From positions 52,527,855 to 52,591,854 of the forward strand of contig NC_068992.1 in assembly GCF_001194135.2 (NCBI RefSeq): 64,000 bases of DNA. The letters run 5' to 3'. The stretch is from Octopus bimaculoides. Its lineage: Eukaryota. The notes below the pieces were generated by a model that searched no databases, was not told the DNA's origin, and saw only the letters and a program-made list of their open reading frames with translations. A program made the position numbers and the translations under genes. This document shows, piece after piece, positions 39,340-53,482 of the stretch (the first letter of the stretch is position 1; every line of letters starts with the position of its first letter).

Positions 39340-40865
39340 TTTCATTAGTTTTATAGTTGTTGTCATCATTGTCATTGTTGATGTTATTGCTGTTGTTTTC
39401 AGTTAACTCTGTGTCAATCTTACTCAAACAGAAGTATAATCCAAAGTTTTTCAGTCATAAAGATACCATCGTCTAGGGATACAACAAAAGTGGTGGCTGA
39501 CATGTCGTCTCTCAACATGCTAAAAATAGCAGTCAGATCTTAATAAATTACACATCACCATCTTATGAAAAGAAAGGAAACGCATAAAATAAGGAAATTG
39601 TGGGAAACTCCTCTACACCAAAACAGATAAGATAACCCCAGTTATATTCAAGCAGGATTGACCTGGAGTAATATAAACAGCAGCAATGACAAAAGCAGCT
39701 ACAACAACAACAGCAGCATTTGTAACAAGGACAATAACAACAATAACTGTACCAAATGTGTTCATCATTTTTTAACCCTTTTGCTACCGTATTTCTCTTA
39801 AAATACACTATCTTTGTTTCAATGAATTTTGGAAGTAATAAAGAATTTTAATGTAAAATCTTTATCATTATCAAAATGGATTTTGAAGCATAAATTAATA
39901 TAAAATTTGGGAAAGAAAATTTTAATTTAATTCATCTTAAACAGGAAGTCTGTGTCAAAGAACCAAGAGCAATCTCGGGAGGGTTGTTGTTGAAAGAATT
40001 AGGTAAAATGGTGTAATTTCAGAGAAATTTGGTCTGTTAATTCTAGCATGTCTAGACAACATGTTGAGACTGCTTCATTGTCATTTTGGCTGAAAGCAAA
40101 GTGTAGTTACTTGTCCAGACATAAAGTAAAACATTTCAATCAATGCTCTTGAGCAAATATTTGCCCACATAACACATTATTAATTTACAGGCTGTATAGC
40201 AAAAACTCACACTTGAGAATAAATCTTACACAGTCTTCAACTTTGAATAGACACAGTAACAATTATAGATTAGTGGGAATACCAACTAATCAATACTTAT
40301 ACATAAGTTATGAATATCTTCGTTAACTAATAACATTTTCGTAAAGGATCAGTAGAGCATGTGATACTAATGATTTCTTAATAAGTCATGAAGTTGTGAT
40401 GATAAACGAAGGCGTGTGAGGGAGAGAGAGTTGATTTGAGAACTTGTTATGCCTTTGTCCTTCCATAGGTTATTAGTAACTGCAGTGAAGCAGTGACATC
40501 TAAACAATGTAATTGCTGAAGCTGATGATGTCATGCAGATACAGGAGAATGGATTTAGGATCTTGTTATAGCATTGTCTTTCTAAAGGCTGTTTATTAAA
40601 TACAGTGAAGTAGGACCAACCAAGAATCTATCATGGATTCAGATACCCATGTGAATTAAGAAATATGAGCAAAATTAACAATCCAGTTTAGAAGCAACTT
40701 TCTTATGTCAGTATGACCTAGGCATAGCAGAATGGTTAAGAAGTTTCACTCTACTACAATATGTTTCTGGGTTTTATTCCTCTGTAAGGCACTCTGAGCA
40801 GGTTTCTTGAAAAACAACCTTTGGCTTGATCCATGCCTTGTAAGTAGGATTTGGTAAATGAAACT

Positions 40866-42093
40866 TAGAAAAGCTGGCCTGAAAAGATCAAAGGCTGATT
40901 ATGAAGGATCGATACTAGAGCTGTGAAATCTTGCATGCATTAATTTCTTTCCAGGTAAACTGACATCTGACTGATCAAAGCAGACTTCAGATGTAACTAG
41001 GAGTGACTTCTCTTGAAAATGGACAAAATTTAGCATTGTGCAGGAACATGGTTTATCCCCCGTTGACATTCATGCTGACATGTTCGTTATGTTTGGGGAT
41101 GATGCTCCAGTTTTATCAAGTGGGCAGCTGAATTTAAGAGCGCAGGAAGGGTTTTGAAAATGACTCAAGGTCTAGATGTCCTGCAACTGCTGCTACCAAG
41201 GGAAATATTGATAATGTTCATTACATGCTGATGGATGACAGGCAATTGACTATAAATCAAAGAGTCAATGCTATTTAGCATATCCTGTGAGAGATTTGAG
41301 AATATTCAGTACAATGAAATTGGCACAATGAAGGTCTTTGTTCACAGGGTGCTGTGTCTTCTGACACTTGATCACAGCATGGAAAAATCTAAGATTTTTA
41401 TAGGCAGATCCAGTTGGTTTCCTTGATCATTTCTTAATTCAGGATCAGTTTTGGCTTCATTGCTTTGATCCAGAAACAAAGAGACAATTTATGCAGTGGA
41501 AAGATCCCTCCTCCTTGGCTCGAAAGAAATCACAGTCATTTCATCTGCAGGGAAGGTGATGGCCTCAATTTTTTTGGTGAGAGTATGCAAAAGGCATTAT
41601 GTTTATTGACTATCATCAGAAGGGCCACTCCATCAATGGAGAGCAATATGCAAACTTGCTGAGGCAGTTATGAAAGGCTCTCAATACCAAATGGCCAGGA
41701 AAACTGATGAAATGGCTCTTGTTTCCTCAGAATAATGCTCCAGTACACAAGTCATAGGTTTCAATGGCTACTGTGCTTGATATTGGCTTAAACTGTTTCC
41801 ATATTCATCTTATTTGGCCCCATCTGACTATCATCTGTTTCCTAACATGAAAAAAAAACAAAAACACTTGGTTGGGAATAAGTATCACAGTGATGTTGTC
41901 ATATCTGCTGTTGATGACTGTTTTTGAGTAACAGGAAGAATGCTTCTTCACCAATGAGATCCAAGCAGTGAAACACCATTGGAAGAAGTGTGTGGACCAG
42001 AAGGAGGATTACGTTGAAGAATAAACTCTATTCGGTCGCACATTCCATGAGAGTGTCTTGGTCAATGTATGAACATTTTAGCCAATCTTCATA
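40866..42093 (+). mobile_element. Decayed mariner of a second subfamily
   Basis: Peptides DPVGFLDHFLIQDQFWLHCFDPETKRQFMQWK, FPQDNAPVHKS, APSDYHLFPNMK, WKKCVDQKEDYVEE*; right end ...GCCAATCTTCATA; left TIR eroded, so that coordinate is approximate. Confidence 0.85.
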
Positions 42094-43821
42094 TGTATGT
42101 ATATACTTACCATCATTGTCCTACTTTTAATAGCCTCTTTCCCTACTTCTGTGGAGCAGACAGGATTTCTTGATGCCCTTTCTGTCACAAACCCTCATCT
42201 CCTTCAAAGCAAGCTAATATTTCCCCATGGTTGGATATCTTTGATCAGAAGACCAGAATGAGCGACACTGCTTGTATGATGGGAATGCACATTTCATATC
42301 TGCTGAGCAGTGCCAAGACCAGGGGACACAAGCTCCCTACACATGCACATGGACTCTACTTTAATTATTCACCCATCAGCACTCATCCTGCTGGCATTAT
42401 ACTGCTAATATTCAGACTAGACATCAGCTGCATAAATCTCACCATTTCTAGGAGAGACTGCAAAGGTCACAAGCACTGTTTGTGTGGTTCTGGACTAAAT
42501 CTTGTATTGATTGTTTTATGTTCTTTACCCAGTGTTTCATCTCTCATGCAGAAACTGTTTCTATACATCGTAAAACCAAATCTCTTTTTAGTCACCAGTG
42601 AGACACCCTATTGTCTTGACTACCTATGACTCCATTGAAAGAAATATATGAAGCATGACTTCACTAGCTGAAACAATACTCTACATAAAAACATTACCAA
42701 TTGATGTCTGGAGTATTTGTTTCTAGTCTTCGGAAACACAAAGGGAAAGAAAAAAATATTAGGCATAATAGCTTTTTCCTTTTTTATATGTGGAATTGTA
42801 CCTATTTCTTAGACAAAAACCAGAATTATTGTATATTTTTCTCAATAACTCAGTGCATCATTGTACATAACAGAAGTGAAAATCTTATTATTTGTTCTAA
42901 AAGTTTGAAACACAAAGTCAAGAAGTTACAGATAAATGCATTTAGTTGCATCAGAATATTTTTCTTGCAAGCTTGTGCATGTCTGTATTTCTATAATGAT
43001 TATTGGCTGCATGTTTCAGGTTAGAGAAATTATATTTCACACAGCGATAATGTGTTTAATATTTCTTTTTGTCTCAGAGCAAATTGAAGGATATTTTCAG
43101 AACAGTCAGATAGAATTGTGCTTTTCTTTGTTTCACTGAAATTTAGCAGGAAATTGGATGTTTCAGTAGAATTAATTTTATTATCTTTCTTTTTCTAGAG
43201 GCATTATAATGCTCTGTATAGTTGAAAAGTCATTATATTCTTTGATACTTTCAACCAATAATTCTCAAACACCAACTTTCACATAATGAAATATTATCAA
43301 GTCTTATTAAGTATGTTAGTTTGTCAGTTGTTATACATTAGCTATCACTATGGGGTCTTTGTGGAGACGATTTCATATAAATTCTTCCAGACAATTACGT
43401 TTTGTGGGCTTGATTTTTATTGTTCTGCAGATTATATATGTCTAAATTTATCAGTGAAGCCAACGTCAAACAGATAGGGAGACTCTATCTGGCTACACAG
43501 CCAGTTAGAAATAGCAGTCAAATCTTCCTCATACCACAACTACCTAAATACTGTATTGTTGCTACAACTGTATCTTGTTTTCATCAGTCCGTCACAGTTT
43601 CTTCTTACTTCTTTTGCAACCCTTCTGCGACTCATAATTGATATGATTAATGATTAGTCTGATTTTGTTTTGCATATAAATTAACATCTACAAGGGAAAA
43701 ACATTGAAAATTTGAAGGACAAAGAGGAAAATATTGTTTTTGACATTGTCAAAAACAGTGATATTGATGACTGGAATCCTTTTGACCATAGTTCTAATCA
43801 ACCAGGGATGGCTTGAGGTTA

Positions 43822-44226
43822 TTGTTGTTGTTGGCACTCTGTCGCCTACACTCTGTTGTTGGCACTCTGTCGAGGATTCCAGTTGATCCGATCAACGGAA
43901 CAGCCTGCTCGTGAAATTAACTTGCAAGTGGCTGAGCACTCCACAGACACGTGTACCCTTAATGTAGTTCTCGGGGATATTCAGTGTGACACAGTGTGAC
44001 AAGGCTGACCCTTTGAATTACAGGCACAACAGAAACAGGAAGTAAGAGTGAGAGAAAGTTGTGGTGAAAGAGTACAGCAGGGTTCGCCACCATCTCCTGC
44101 CGGAGCCTCGTGGAGCTTTAGGTGTTTTCGCTCAATAAACACTCACAACGCCCGGTCTGGGAATCGAAACCGCGATCCTATGACCGCGAGTCTGCTGCCC
44201 TAAACACTGGGCCATTGTGCCTCCAC
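43822..44226 (-). mobile_element. Family B SINE, full length, with a small tail duplication
   Basis: Collinear with 10957-11342; GTTGTTGGCACTCTGTCG occurs twice. Confidence 0.9.
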
Positions 44227-45559
44227 TGACCTGAGGTTAAACAATAGTAAAACCAACAACAATAGCAACTACAACAAGAATTGTAAACATAGATGACCAC
44301 ACCACAGCCATTTAATAACCATGGAGACAGCAGCATCATCAAAAGCAGTATCGGTGTAAGGAATGACATTGGCTACAATAAACCCAATAACTGTTACTAG
44401 CACACTATAGGTGACTATGGCTTAAGTTTAGGATTGGACATTGTGGTTGGTGTAAACCTGATATATTTGGTTCATGATGGAATTTGCTGTGCAAAGCGGT
44501 TTGGGATGAGACTGTCACAGCTACAGTTACTTCATCTAAAAGACATCTCTAGTTTCTAAGCAATAACTTTGATTTCTTCCTATAAGGATGTCATTGTCAT
44601 CATTGTTATCAACCTTGGTGGTGGTGGTGGTGGTGCTTAAGAGAGAGTGAAGTTTCAGCTGATGAAAGAATTTGAGTCCTTTGATGTCATGACAACAGAA
44701 AGTCCAAGTTCCACAACAGCCATATTAGGAGCATGGAAATAATTTAACAAGATGGTTGGTTGAAGAATTAAGCTAGTTTGAGCTCCAATATATTGTGTGT
44801 ATACTGATAAAGGAAGAACGAGGAAACCAGGTAGGATTAAATGAAATGATTTAGTCAACCTGTTAAAAGAACATTAACATGGCAAAAATTGTTGAATAGA
44901 TCTTGAATGATACTGGCAGAAAATATGAATATTGGTTTCTCACAGGATCAAGATGTAATGCCTCAAAGCTACCTGTGGCTACCTGTGAAATAAACCTTTT
45001 CTGCCAAGATCCAAACTCAATTGTGTATCCCACCTCACTGAAGTGGGAGTGAAGCCACTTTTTAAAGCTGATAATAAGCTCCAGCAATCAAACCTGGATT
45101 TGCCTGCACTCAGCTGGTCTGTCACATGATGGGATGGATAGCTTGCTTAAAGTGAGAAAGGCTCGACCATCATGTGACCATCATGTAGAAAACATAGCAT
45201 ATGAGCCAATATTTGAATATTTAAGGGTAGACAGGCAATCTGTGAACATATACTTGCTACAATAGCAACAGCTTGATAGACATTTTCAAAGTTAAGTTTT
45301 TGCTTTAGAATATGTGTTTTGTTAGTTAACCAAAAGCTGAATAAGTCAATCTGATTCTTTGTGCCACATCTTGCTCAGAATTGTATTTGGTAGAGAGAGA
45401 CAGCAGACTTCCAAGTTACACAGAGATTAACTTACTTCAGTGATGCACCCGAAAGGACGATGTTAATATCCAGAAGGGAAGAAATTGGGGATGGTTGGGT
45501 GAGAACTTGAGTTTCTTTTAGTATTTACAGTGAGCTGAAAGTGTTACTATGCATTGGTG

Positions 45560-45990
45560 AAATTACTGACAGCATGTTGCAGTCCTAATCCTGAGTGACT
45601 GAGTATCATGCTATCATCGGCATAATGGAGTTGGGAATTTGATTGGTATGAATGAAGTTCTTTGACTGGACCCTCATGAAGTTGAAGAGTCCTCCATTAA
45701 AACGATATCTGATATCCATTCCTGACTGATCCAGGGGAAGTTCCATAAATCAATGCAGCAAAGTATAGGGAGATTTGAGCACGCAACCTTGTTTCAATCT
45801 ACATGTTATTGGGAATTCTTCTGAGAGTTGACCACAAAGAAAGACACATCCAGTCATATCACCATGCAGGGCTTAGATCAAGGAGACAAAATGATCAGGA
45901 CATCCAAAACGACCAAGGACCATTCACATGGATAGTCACTACCAAAAGCCTTTTCTAGATCATTCAAGGGGCTTTTGAGCTAATGTTCTT
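45560..45990 (-). mobile_element. RTE-clade LINE reverse-transcriptase relic
   Basis: DLEKAF...GCPDHFVSLI.ALHGDM...LKQGCVL...YRFNGGLFN across frameshifts. Confidence 0.75.
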
Positions 45991-46056
45991 CTTTCCTCAT
46001 TGGACTAGTATTCCTAACTATATTTTTGAGTCTTCGCATTAAAATATTTTCAACTA

Positions 46057-46512
46057 GGCGCAGGAGTGGCTGTGTGGTAAGTAGCTTGCTTACCAACCAC
46101 ATGGTTCCGGGTTCAGTCCCACTGCATGACACCTTGGGCAAGTGCCTTCTACTATAGCCTCGGGCTGACCAAAGCCTTGTGAGTGGATTTGGTAGATGGA
46201 AACTGAAAGAAGCCCGTCGTATATATGTATATATNNNNNNNNNNNNNNNNNNNNNNNNNNNNNNNNNNNNNNNNNNNNNTATATATATATATATACGTGT
46301 GTGTGTGTGTGTGTCTGTGTTTGTCCCCCCCACCATCACTTGACAACTGATGCTGGTGTGGTTACGTCCCCGTAACTTAGCGGTTCAGCAAAAAGAGACC
46401 GATAGAATAAGTACTAGGCTTACAAAGAATAAGTCCTAGGATCAATTTGCTCGACTAAAGGCGGTGCTCCAGCATGGTCGCAGTCAAATGACTGAAACAA
46501 GTAAAAGAGTAA
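46057..46512 (+). mobile_element. Family A SINE, full length (N-gap in internal microsatellite)
   Basis: A-box-like TGGCTGTGTGG, B-box-like GGTTCAGTCC, tail GTAAAAGAGTAA. Confidence 0.9.
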
Positions 46513-48076
46513 CTATTATGCACTTTACTCATTTGTAGAGATATTTTCAAATACCACATTCCATTCAACCAATCTCATCAGCGAAAATAACGAGGAAATT
46601 GCTAACTACATGCAAAAAAAAACTCAAAACAATACAAAATTCAAACATTTAACAGTTAAGCCTTACCATCTTTAGAGTAACATAATTGACACTTATTTCA
46701 TGGAGTTGATTATCTGGGATCTTTATATTTTCTACTTATAAACCATCATTCGTTGATGAGTTTCTCACAGTTCATGTATAAGATATTGCGTCTGTTGTTA
46801 AATATTCATATTTCACATTATTTCCAATATTATGTTATTTAATTCAATATACTGACTTAAGGATTGTCATCTACCACAATTCCATTTCCAGTATCTAATC
46901 TAACTTCATCTAGTTATCTTTCTCTTGCTCATTTATTTTACACGCTAATTACTCCAGTTTCATGTAGTTATAGCATCGTTGCTCACTTATTACTGAAATT
47001 TCCTTCTTTCATTGCAAGTAGTGAGCAAGGATCTACATTATTGCTTGATCTAATGAATATAACAACTTATTTTTCTTCAAATTACATGCTGGTGTTTAAG
47101 AAAAAACGGAAGGATATATTTGATTGTTATGTCTCAAGCTACTGCTATCTAGCACCTTCGGATGATCTCTACTCAAACGCTACACAACTGCTACTCGACT
47201 GCTACTCAACACTCCTACCACGGCCAGACTACCTCTACTTATATGCCTTGGGAGATCCTACTTCTTCGCCTGGGGGCGTCGACACAACATTGATTATGTA
47301 GAACTGGTTCTGAAACCAAAAATAAAGACAAAGATTGGAATTAATTGGACCCTGTGTCAGCTTGATCAGGGCTGACCTTAGAGCTAAACAACAGCCTTTT
47401 GATACACATATAAGGTGTTTTTTTTACCTTGGCTACCTCTATAATAAAAGACTGAAAATTAATGATAGGATAGCACAGTTCACTGCTTGGTGTATATCTC
47501 TTCATGCTGGAATTATTTTTGGTTGCCATGTCCTTGACTTGTTAAAGCTGTTGCACTAACCAGACACTGACCAAGCACTCTGCCAGTTTTAAAATTCAGT
47601 TATTTGCCAAATCTGTGAAAAGGAGCAATGTGAAACTAAAGTGCCATACCAAAGAGCATAATGCATCTACTAAACCAGTCCTCAGTCACACATCCTATAC
47701 AAAACACCAGTCCTCAGTCAAATCATCCAAACCATGCTATCATGGAAAGCGGACGTTGAACGATGATGATGATGATGATGAAGTTAATAATGGTTGGTAC
47801 TTTAGATACCTGGCTGGTTGTTTTGAGTGAATGAGATTGTTTGATATTATAGACCTCAGTATGTAACTGTTATTTATGAAAGTATAAAAAGCAAAATTGA
47901 TCTCAGCTGGACATAAACTCACATATTCTAAGAGGTGGGGAAAATAGCTCAAGATATTCTTTCTGACACTTTAATAATTCTGTCAATCCATCACATTTAC
48001 TGAAGTAATTAATTAATTGATTAATAATGTTCTACAAAAAGGAACTCTGATGAAGGTCTATTATGATTATGTAGAA

Positions 48077-48610
48077 ACAGGAGTGGCTGTGTGGTAAGTA
48101 GCTTGCTTACCAACCACATGGTTCCGGGTTCATTCCCACTGCGTGGCACCTTGGGCAAGTGTCTTCTACTATAGCCTCGGGCCGACCAAAGCCTTGTGAG
48201 TGGATTTGGTAGACGGAAACTGAAAGAAGCCTGTCGTATATATGTATATATATATATATATNNNNNNNNNNNNNNNNNNNNNNNNNNNNNNNNNNNNNNN
48301 NNNNNNNNNNNNNNNNNNNNNNNNNNNNNNNNNNNNNNNNNNNNNNNNNNNNNNNNNNNNNNNNNNNNNNNNNNNNNNNNNNNNNNNNNNNNNNNNNNNN
48401 NNNNNNNNNNNNNNNTGTGTTTGTCCCCCCAACATCGCTTGACAACCGATGGTGGTGTGTTTACGTCCCCATAACTTAGCGGTTCGGCAAAAGAGACCAA
48501 TAGAATAAGTACTAGGCATCCAAAGAATAAGTCCTGTGTTGATTTGTTTGATTAAAGGTGGTGCTCCAGCATGGCCGCAGTCAAATGACTGAAACAAGTA
48601 AAAGAGTAAA
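48077..48610 (+). mobile_element. Family A SINE, full length (N-gap inside)
   Basis: Same architecture; most CpGs retained, so probably a young copy. Confidence 0.9.
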
Positions 48611-49519
48611 CTAAGGAGATGATACCCATTTTTGCTCCTAAGCATTGATAAAAAACTTGTAGTGAAAACAGTTTGGTTGTCTTACCTATTGAAGCTAGAA
48701 CTGTAAGTTTATAAAAACAATATAGATAATATTAGATTTTGAAAATAGTTTACAATCAAAGAAACCTTGAATAATTTGGGGACACTACACCTCACTTATG
48801 AATAATGAATAATAAAAATAAAGTAACTTTAGAATTTATTGCAATGTCTTCAATGAACTCATTTGTCAATATAATAATGAATGATTGTTCCAGTGTTTAA
48901 TATTTGTGGTTATTGTCTATCGAAGACAAAATGAGATTGTGAAATAATTGTGTTGCAATTCTGAGTACAAACTACCGCTGATCAGAATCAGAATTGCAAT
49001 GTTGCACTTCTAATAGTTTGGAGTTGATTTATTGAACACATTTGACCAGTAAAACACTTAAGAAAGGCCATATAGAATTCTGCTGACAGAGATTTCAAAT
49101 GTTGCAATCATTGAAAAATGTGAACAATATTCTTGATGCCAGCTTTTACTAATTAGTGAAGCTAAGTAGCATTGCAATTACCCTCATTAATACACTAAGT
49201 ATGTGACTTATTAAGCAAGTGAGATAATATGTCAAATGATGAGAATCACTTAGAATTAGAGCTGAAATTCTCTTGTGGGTGGCACAGAATGCATTAATTT
49301 TGATTAATAAGTAGGATGTCCTGTATATTCTGGCTTTGATTCCTGTCCAACATTTCCTTCTGCTATTCATGATTTGTTATCTTGATGGAATTTATTTTCT
49401 GGTCACTCATCTGTGAACATGTCACTGTTTCTTGCTTTGCGATTCCTCAAAAAGGATATAATATATATATACATATACATACATAAATACATACCTATAT
49501 ATGTCCTCACACACAAAAG

Positions 49520-49569
<50 letters not shown>

Positions 49570-50334
49570 ACACACAGACACACACACACGCATACACACA
49601 TATATCTATACTCTTTAAAGGTTTATGTAGACATTTGGCAACCAGGATGGAGTTAAAAATTGTAAATGTTTTGCTATCTAGAATAGTTTTACACAGATGC
49701 ATGCACACATGCATACACACACACACACATACACACACACACATACACACACACATACATACACACATACACACACACATACACACACACAAGTCATTTA
49801 GATTAAGCGAATGAGTTGATTCTATCATTTTGTACAAATCTAATATTGATGTGTTTGGCAAAGAAATAGTAAATGACTTCATTAATAATAACAAATATTA
49901 ATTTTTAACATAATGTTTAATCGAATATAAAACCTTTATCCTGGTTGAAGAGTTTCTGCTGTTCAATGCTGGCCACGCATCTGCACACGTAAATGCAGGC
50001 CTGGACAAGATTTACTTTAAGGAAGACTAGTAGTTGCCCATGCATGCAATCGCCCCTTCTCCTCACCACTGACTTTCATATGAAGTAAAGGTCTCTGACA
50101 TAAACTGATACAGCTTGGCACCAAGGCTGTCACAAGCATTGCCATCCGAACATAAGAGGATGGAGTTCACATTATAGAGCTTCTTCCCTTAACCTCAAAC
50201 ATCATCATCATCGTCGTTGTCGTCATCGTCATCGTTTCCGCCACCGCCACTGTCATCGTTGTTGTTGTCCTCCACATCCTTTAACATCTGTTTTCCATAT
50301 TGGAATGGGTTGGATGGTTTGATCAGAGCTGGGA

Positions 50335-50636
50335 AATATATCCAAAGTATGAATTCATATTCATACCAATAATAATTGGAGCACTAGGTTTTGTTAGTAA
50401 ATGCTTAAAGGAGAATCTGGATAAACTGGGATTTTCAGAAATAGAAACTGACCGGCTGATTCGTATATTACAAGTGCAATAGGTGAGTGGAACAGTAAAA
50501 ATATGCAAGACTTTTCTCAAGTTCTAAATGTGAATTTGCCTGTGTTAACTACATTCCAAAGATGGAGCCTTGTATCTTTGTTGCAAACTAGCTTCCGACT
50601 CAATGGAAGATTTATGATAATTAAAAAATAGAAAAG
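50335..50636 (+). mobile_element. R4-like REL LINE 3' end plus 3' UTR, running into (CATA)n
   Basis: YPKYEFIFIPIIIGALGFVSKCLKENLDKLGFSEIETDRLIRILQVQ*VSGTVKICKTFLKF*; P(I/V)IIGALG is the R4-type REL C-terminal motif. Confidence 0.7.
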
Positions 50637-50691
50637 ACATACATACATACATACATACATACATACATACATACATAAATACATACATACA

Positions 50692-50726
<35 letters not shown>

Positions 50727-51330
50727 GAACATGCACGCATGCATAAAGAAATACCATTTTCTAAGGATACAATTCAAAAACCTGAATACTGAAACAGTGA
50801 ATTTATGCGGTGAATATGAGTAAAAAGTAAAATACACCAATACTACAGTATAAGTAAGCGGATTAGCAGATAAACATGTTGATAACAGATTTGTATTCTT
50901 CAACACTCGAAATTGCTTGTAAGAGAGATGCATATTCCTTGTTAATATATCTTTTGAATGAAATAGTGAAATTACAGCAAAACTGCTTCTGTTTCTGGAA
51001 CATGAGTTTATCATTATTTAAGGGAGACTTCTTGTTAACTACAAGTACTTCAATTTAGATTGTACAGATATTCAGTAAACTGTAACTGGTATACTACTGA
51101 AAGAAAACTATTACATGTTGATTGGTAGGACTCAATCAGATGTGATCATAGAATCAGCTGTTGTTGTTGTAGATTAGTAAAACATCTGCCTTGATTCTGC
51201 TGACTGATGATTAAATGTAACCCTTACATGACAATCCTGTCTTATTTTTAGGCCTTCTATATCTAGGATATAATGATGAAATGGATTCTTTCATGTATTT
51301 CTTTATTTTATACTGAAGTTACTTGGCTGT

Positions 51331-51667
51331 GTGGAGGCGCAATGGCCCAGTGGTTAGGGCAGCAGACTCGCAGTCATAGGATTGCGGTTTCGATTCCCAG
51401 ACCGGGCATTGTGAGTGTTTATTGAGCGAAAACACCTAAAGCTCCACGAGGCTCCAGCTTTCTCTCACTCTTACTTCCTGTTTCTGTTGTACCTGTACTT
51501 CTAAGGGTCAGCCTTGTCACACTGTGTCACGCTGAATATCTTTGAGAACTACGTTAAGGGTACACGTGTCTGTGGAGTGCTTAGACATTTGCACGTTAAT
51601 TTTACGAGCAGGCTGTTCCGTTGATCGGATTAACTGGAACCCTCGATGTTGTAAGCGATGGAGTGCC

Positions 51668-51708
<41 letters not shown>

Positions 51709-51709
51709 C
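51331..51709 (+). mobile_element. Family B SINE with an internal deletion and (AAC)n tail
   Basis: GAGGCTCCAG|CTTTCTCTCAC lacks the GGGGATGG...CACAA segment. Confidence 0.9.
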
Positions 51710-51808
51710 TTGGGTGTGATTAGAGGGATATTTGGCTGCTGTTCTTGTAGGTGGCTTTATTGCATGGAGATTCCTGTGTTGGCTTACTCATATAGTGTCG
51801 TTTTGGTA

Positions 51809-52230
51809 TTGGGTTGGTCAAAAAGTCTGTTTAGTATTTTACATGAAAATAAGACACAAGCTTCAAGCACAAGGTGAAATATTCAATCACTGTTATAATT
51901 ACCATTTCATTTCAGTGTCTTCTGCTATCTTGTAGTCAGATCTTTATTCCCTGCTTGAAGAATCTTCTATCTTTACTGGCAAAAATTTTTCCTAGGTGAA
52001 ATTTTACATCCTCTTCAGAGTTGAAAATTTGTCAATTCAGTGAATATCGAAGAGAGAAAAAAACAGATTGAAATCGCTTAGGTGTACGGTTTGGCAAATA
52101 CTGTGGGTGTGGCCAAAAATTTCCACATCAGATCTTCTATTGAAGGATAACATTCTCTCTTCCTCCCAATAGTCTTAGAGGCTCTATAAAGTGTCATGAG
52201 CACTGCTTTCTCATCTGCTTAAAATATGAA
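51809..52230 (-). mobile_element. Mariner 3' fragment with one TIR
   Basis: TA-TTGGGTTGGTCAAAAAGT; minus strand FNSEEDVKFHL...FASKDRRFF.QGI. Confidence 0.8.
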
Positions 52231-53098
52231 AAGAAAAATATCATCTAAATTTATCAATTTATTATTTAGGTTGGTAGAGCATGATTCAAGAGTGATTTGG
52301 TTACTATTTTTGGCAGATCAGCCTCCATCATGGAGGCTCCCACATTGGCTCAAATATTATATGTGTATATGTTATTGCTTGCTTGTGTATCAGAATTTTA
52401 TGATTAATGAGCCTACAGTTTTGATTCCAAGCCTTCAAGGTCTGAAATGTGAAACTAGAAACCATTCCAGTGTATTCTCACTCTACCATTCCCTGAAGTG
52501 AGCATAATCACAAGAAATTCGATATTTCTGTGACAACTTTAATGGTTTTAGAACATTAGAAATTGAAGATTATGACAGCAACCGGAGTCCTTAATGTGGC
52601 TATTCAACAGGCTATAAATAATATTGGTATTCTCCTCCAAAAACATACCTTGCCATCTTAAATAAAATGGAAGGATACATGGGTTAATACAGCCACTGGT
52701 ATTTGTTTTAGTTCTGCCAAAATATGTTGGGAACATCAAGGTTGGAATGCTTTGATTATCGGTCTGCTTGGTCAGAAATGACCTTGGGCTAAACAGCAAA
52801 AACCACAACAACAATAAAAATATCATTGAAAAAATTGATAGTATTTGCAAGTAACATTGTGTCTTACCCATTAGCATTTAAGCTGGCTACGTCCAGCCTA
52901 AATATTCTGTTTTATGTTCAAACATATTAAATCCAGCCTCTCATCTACCCTGGGATGTCACTCTAAAAATAAGCAGTCACATCAAAATTTTGAAGCCACA
53001 AGATAATTCAGGATTGATTTTATAAAATGTAAATAAATAACTATTACATTTGACAAAATAATTTGAATGGTAAATCTGAAGAATAGGAAATATAATTT

Positions 53099-53482
53099 GT
53101 TGTTGGCACTCCATCACTTACGACGTTGAGGGTTCCAGTTGATTCGATCAATGGAACAGCCTGCTTGTGAAATTAACATGCAAGTGGCTGAGCACTCCAC
53201 AGACATATGTACCCTTAACGTAGTTCTCGGGGATATTCAACGTGACACAGTGTGACAAGGCTGGCCCTTTGAATTACAGGCACAACAGAAACAGGAAGTA
53301 AGAGTGAGAGAAAGTTGTGGTGAAAGAGTACACCAGGGTTCGCCACCATCCCCTGCCGGAGCCTCGGAGAGGTTTAGGTGTTTTCGCTCAATAAACACTC
53401 AAAACGCCCGGTTTGGGAATCTAAACCGCGATCCTATGACCGCAAGTCTGCTGCCCTAACCACTGGGCCATTGCGCCTCCAC
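53099..53482 (-). mobile_element. Family B SINE, full length
   Basis: Collinear with 10957-11342. Confidence 0.9.

Noticed and set aside
43400-43640. Protein-looking frames (e.g. minus LWYEEDLTAISNWLCSQIESPYLFDVGFTDKF); similar at 18.0, 21.4-21.8, 27.9, 32.5-32.7 and 40.5 kb
   Set aside because: No recognised homology, in-frame stops and no consistent splice phasing; a blastx hit would be needed
46057-46130. tRNA-like sequences at SINE heads (families A, B, E)
   Set aside because: A/B boxes are present but they continue into SINE bodies with no complete cloverleaf, so they are not tRNA genes
45980-46346. Recurrent ORF 'RRASFSFRLPNPLTRLWSARGYSRRHLPKV' (also 18.3, 37.3 and 48.0 kb)
   Set aside because: Antisense reading of family A SINE, not a gene family
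48047-48082. CTGATGA...GAAAC hammerhead-like string
   Set aside because: No convincing stem II, and the 3' part is replaced by a SINE insertion
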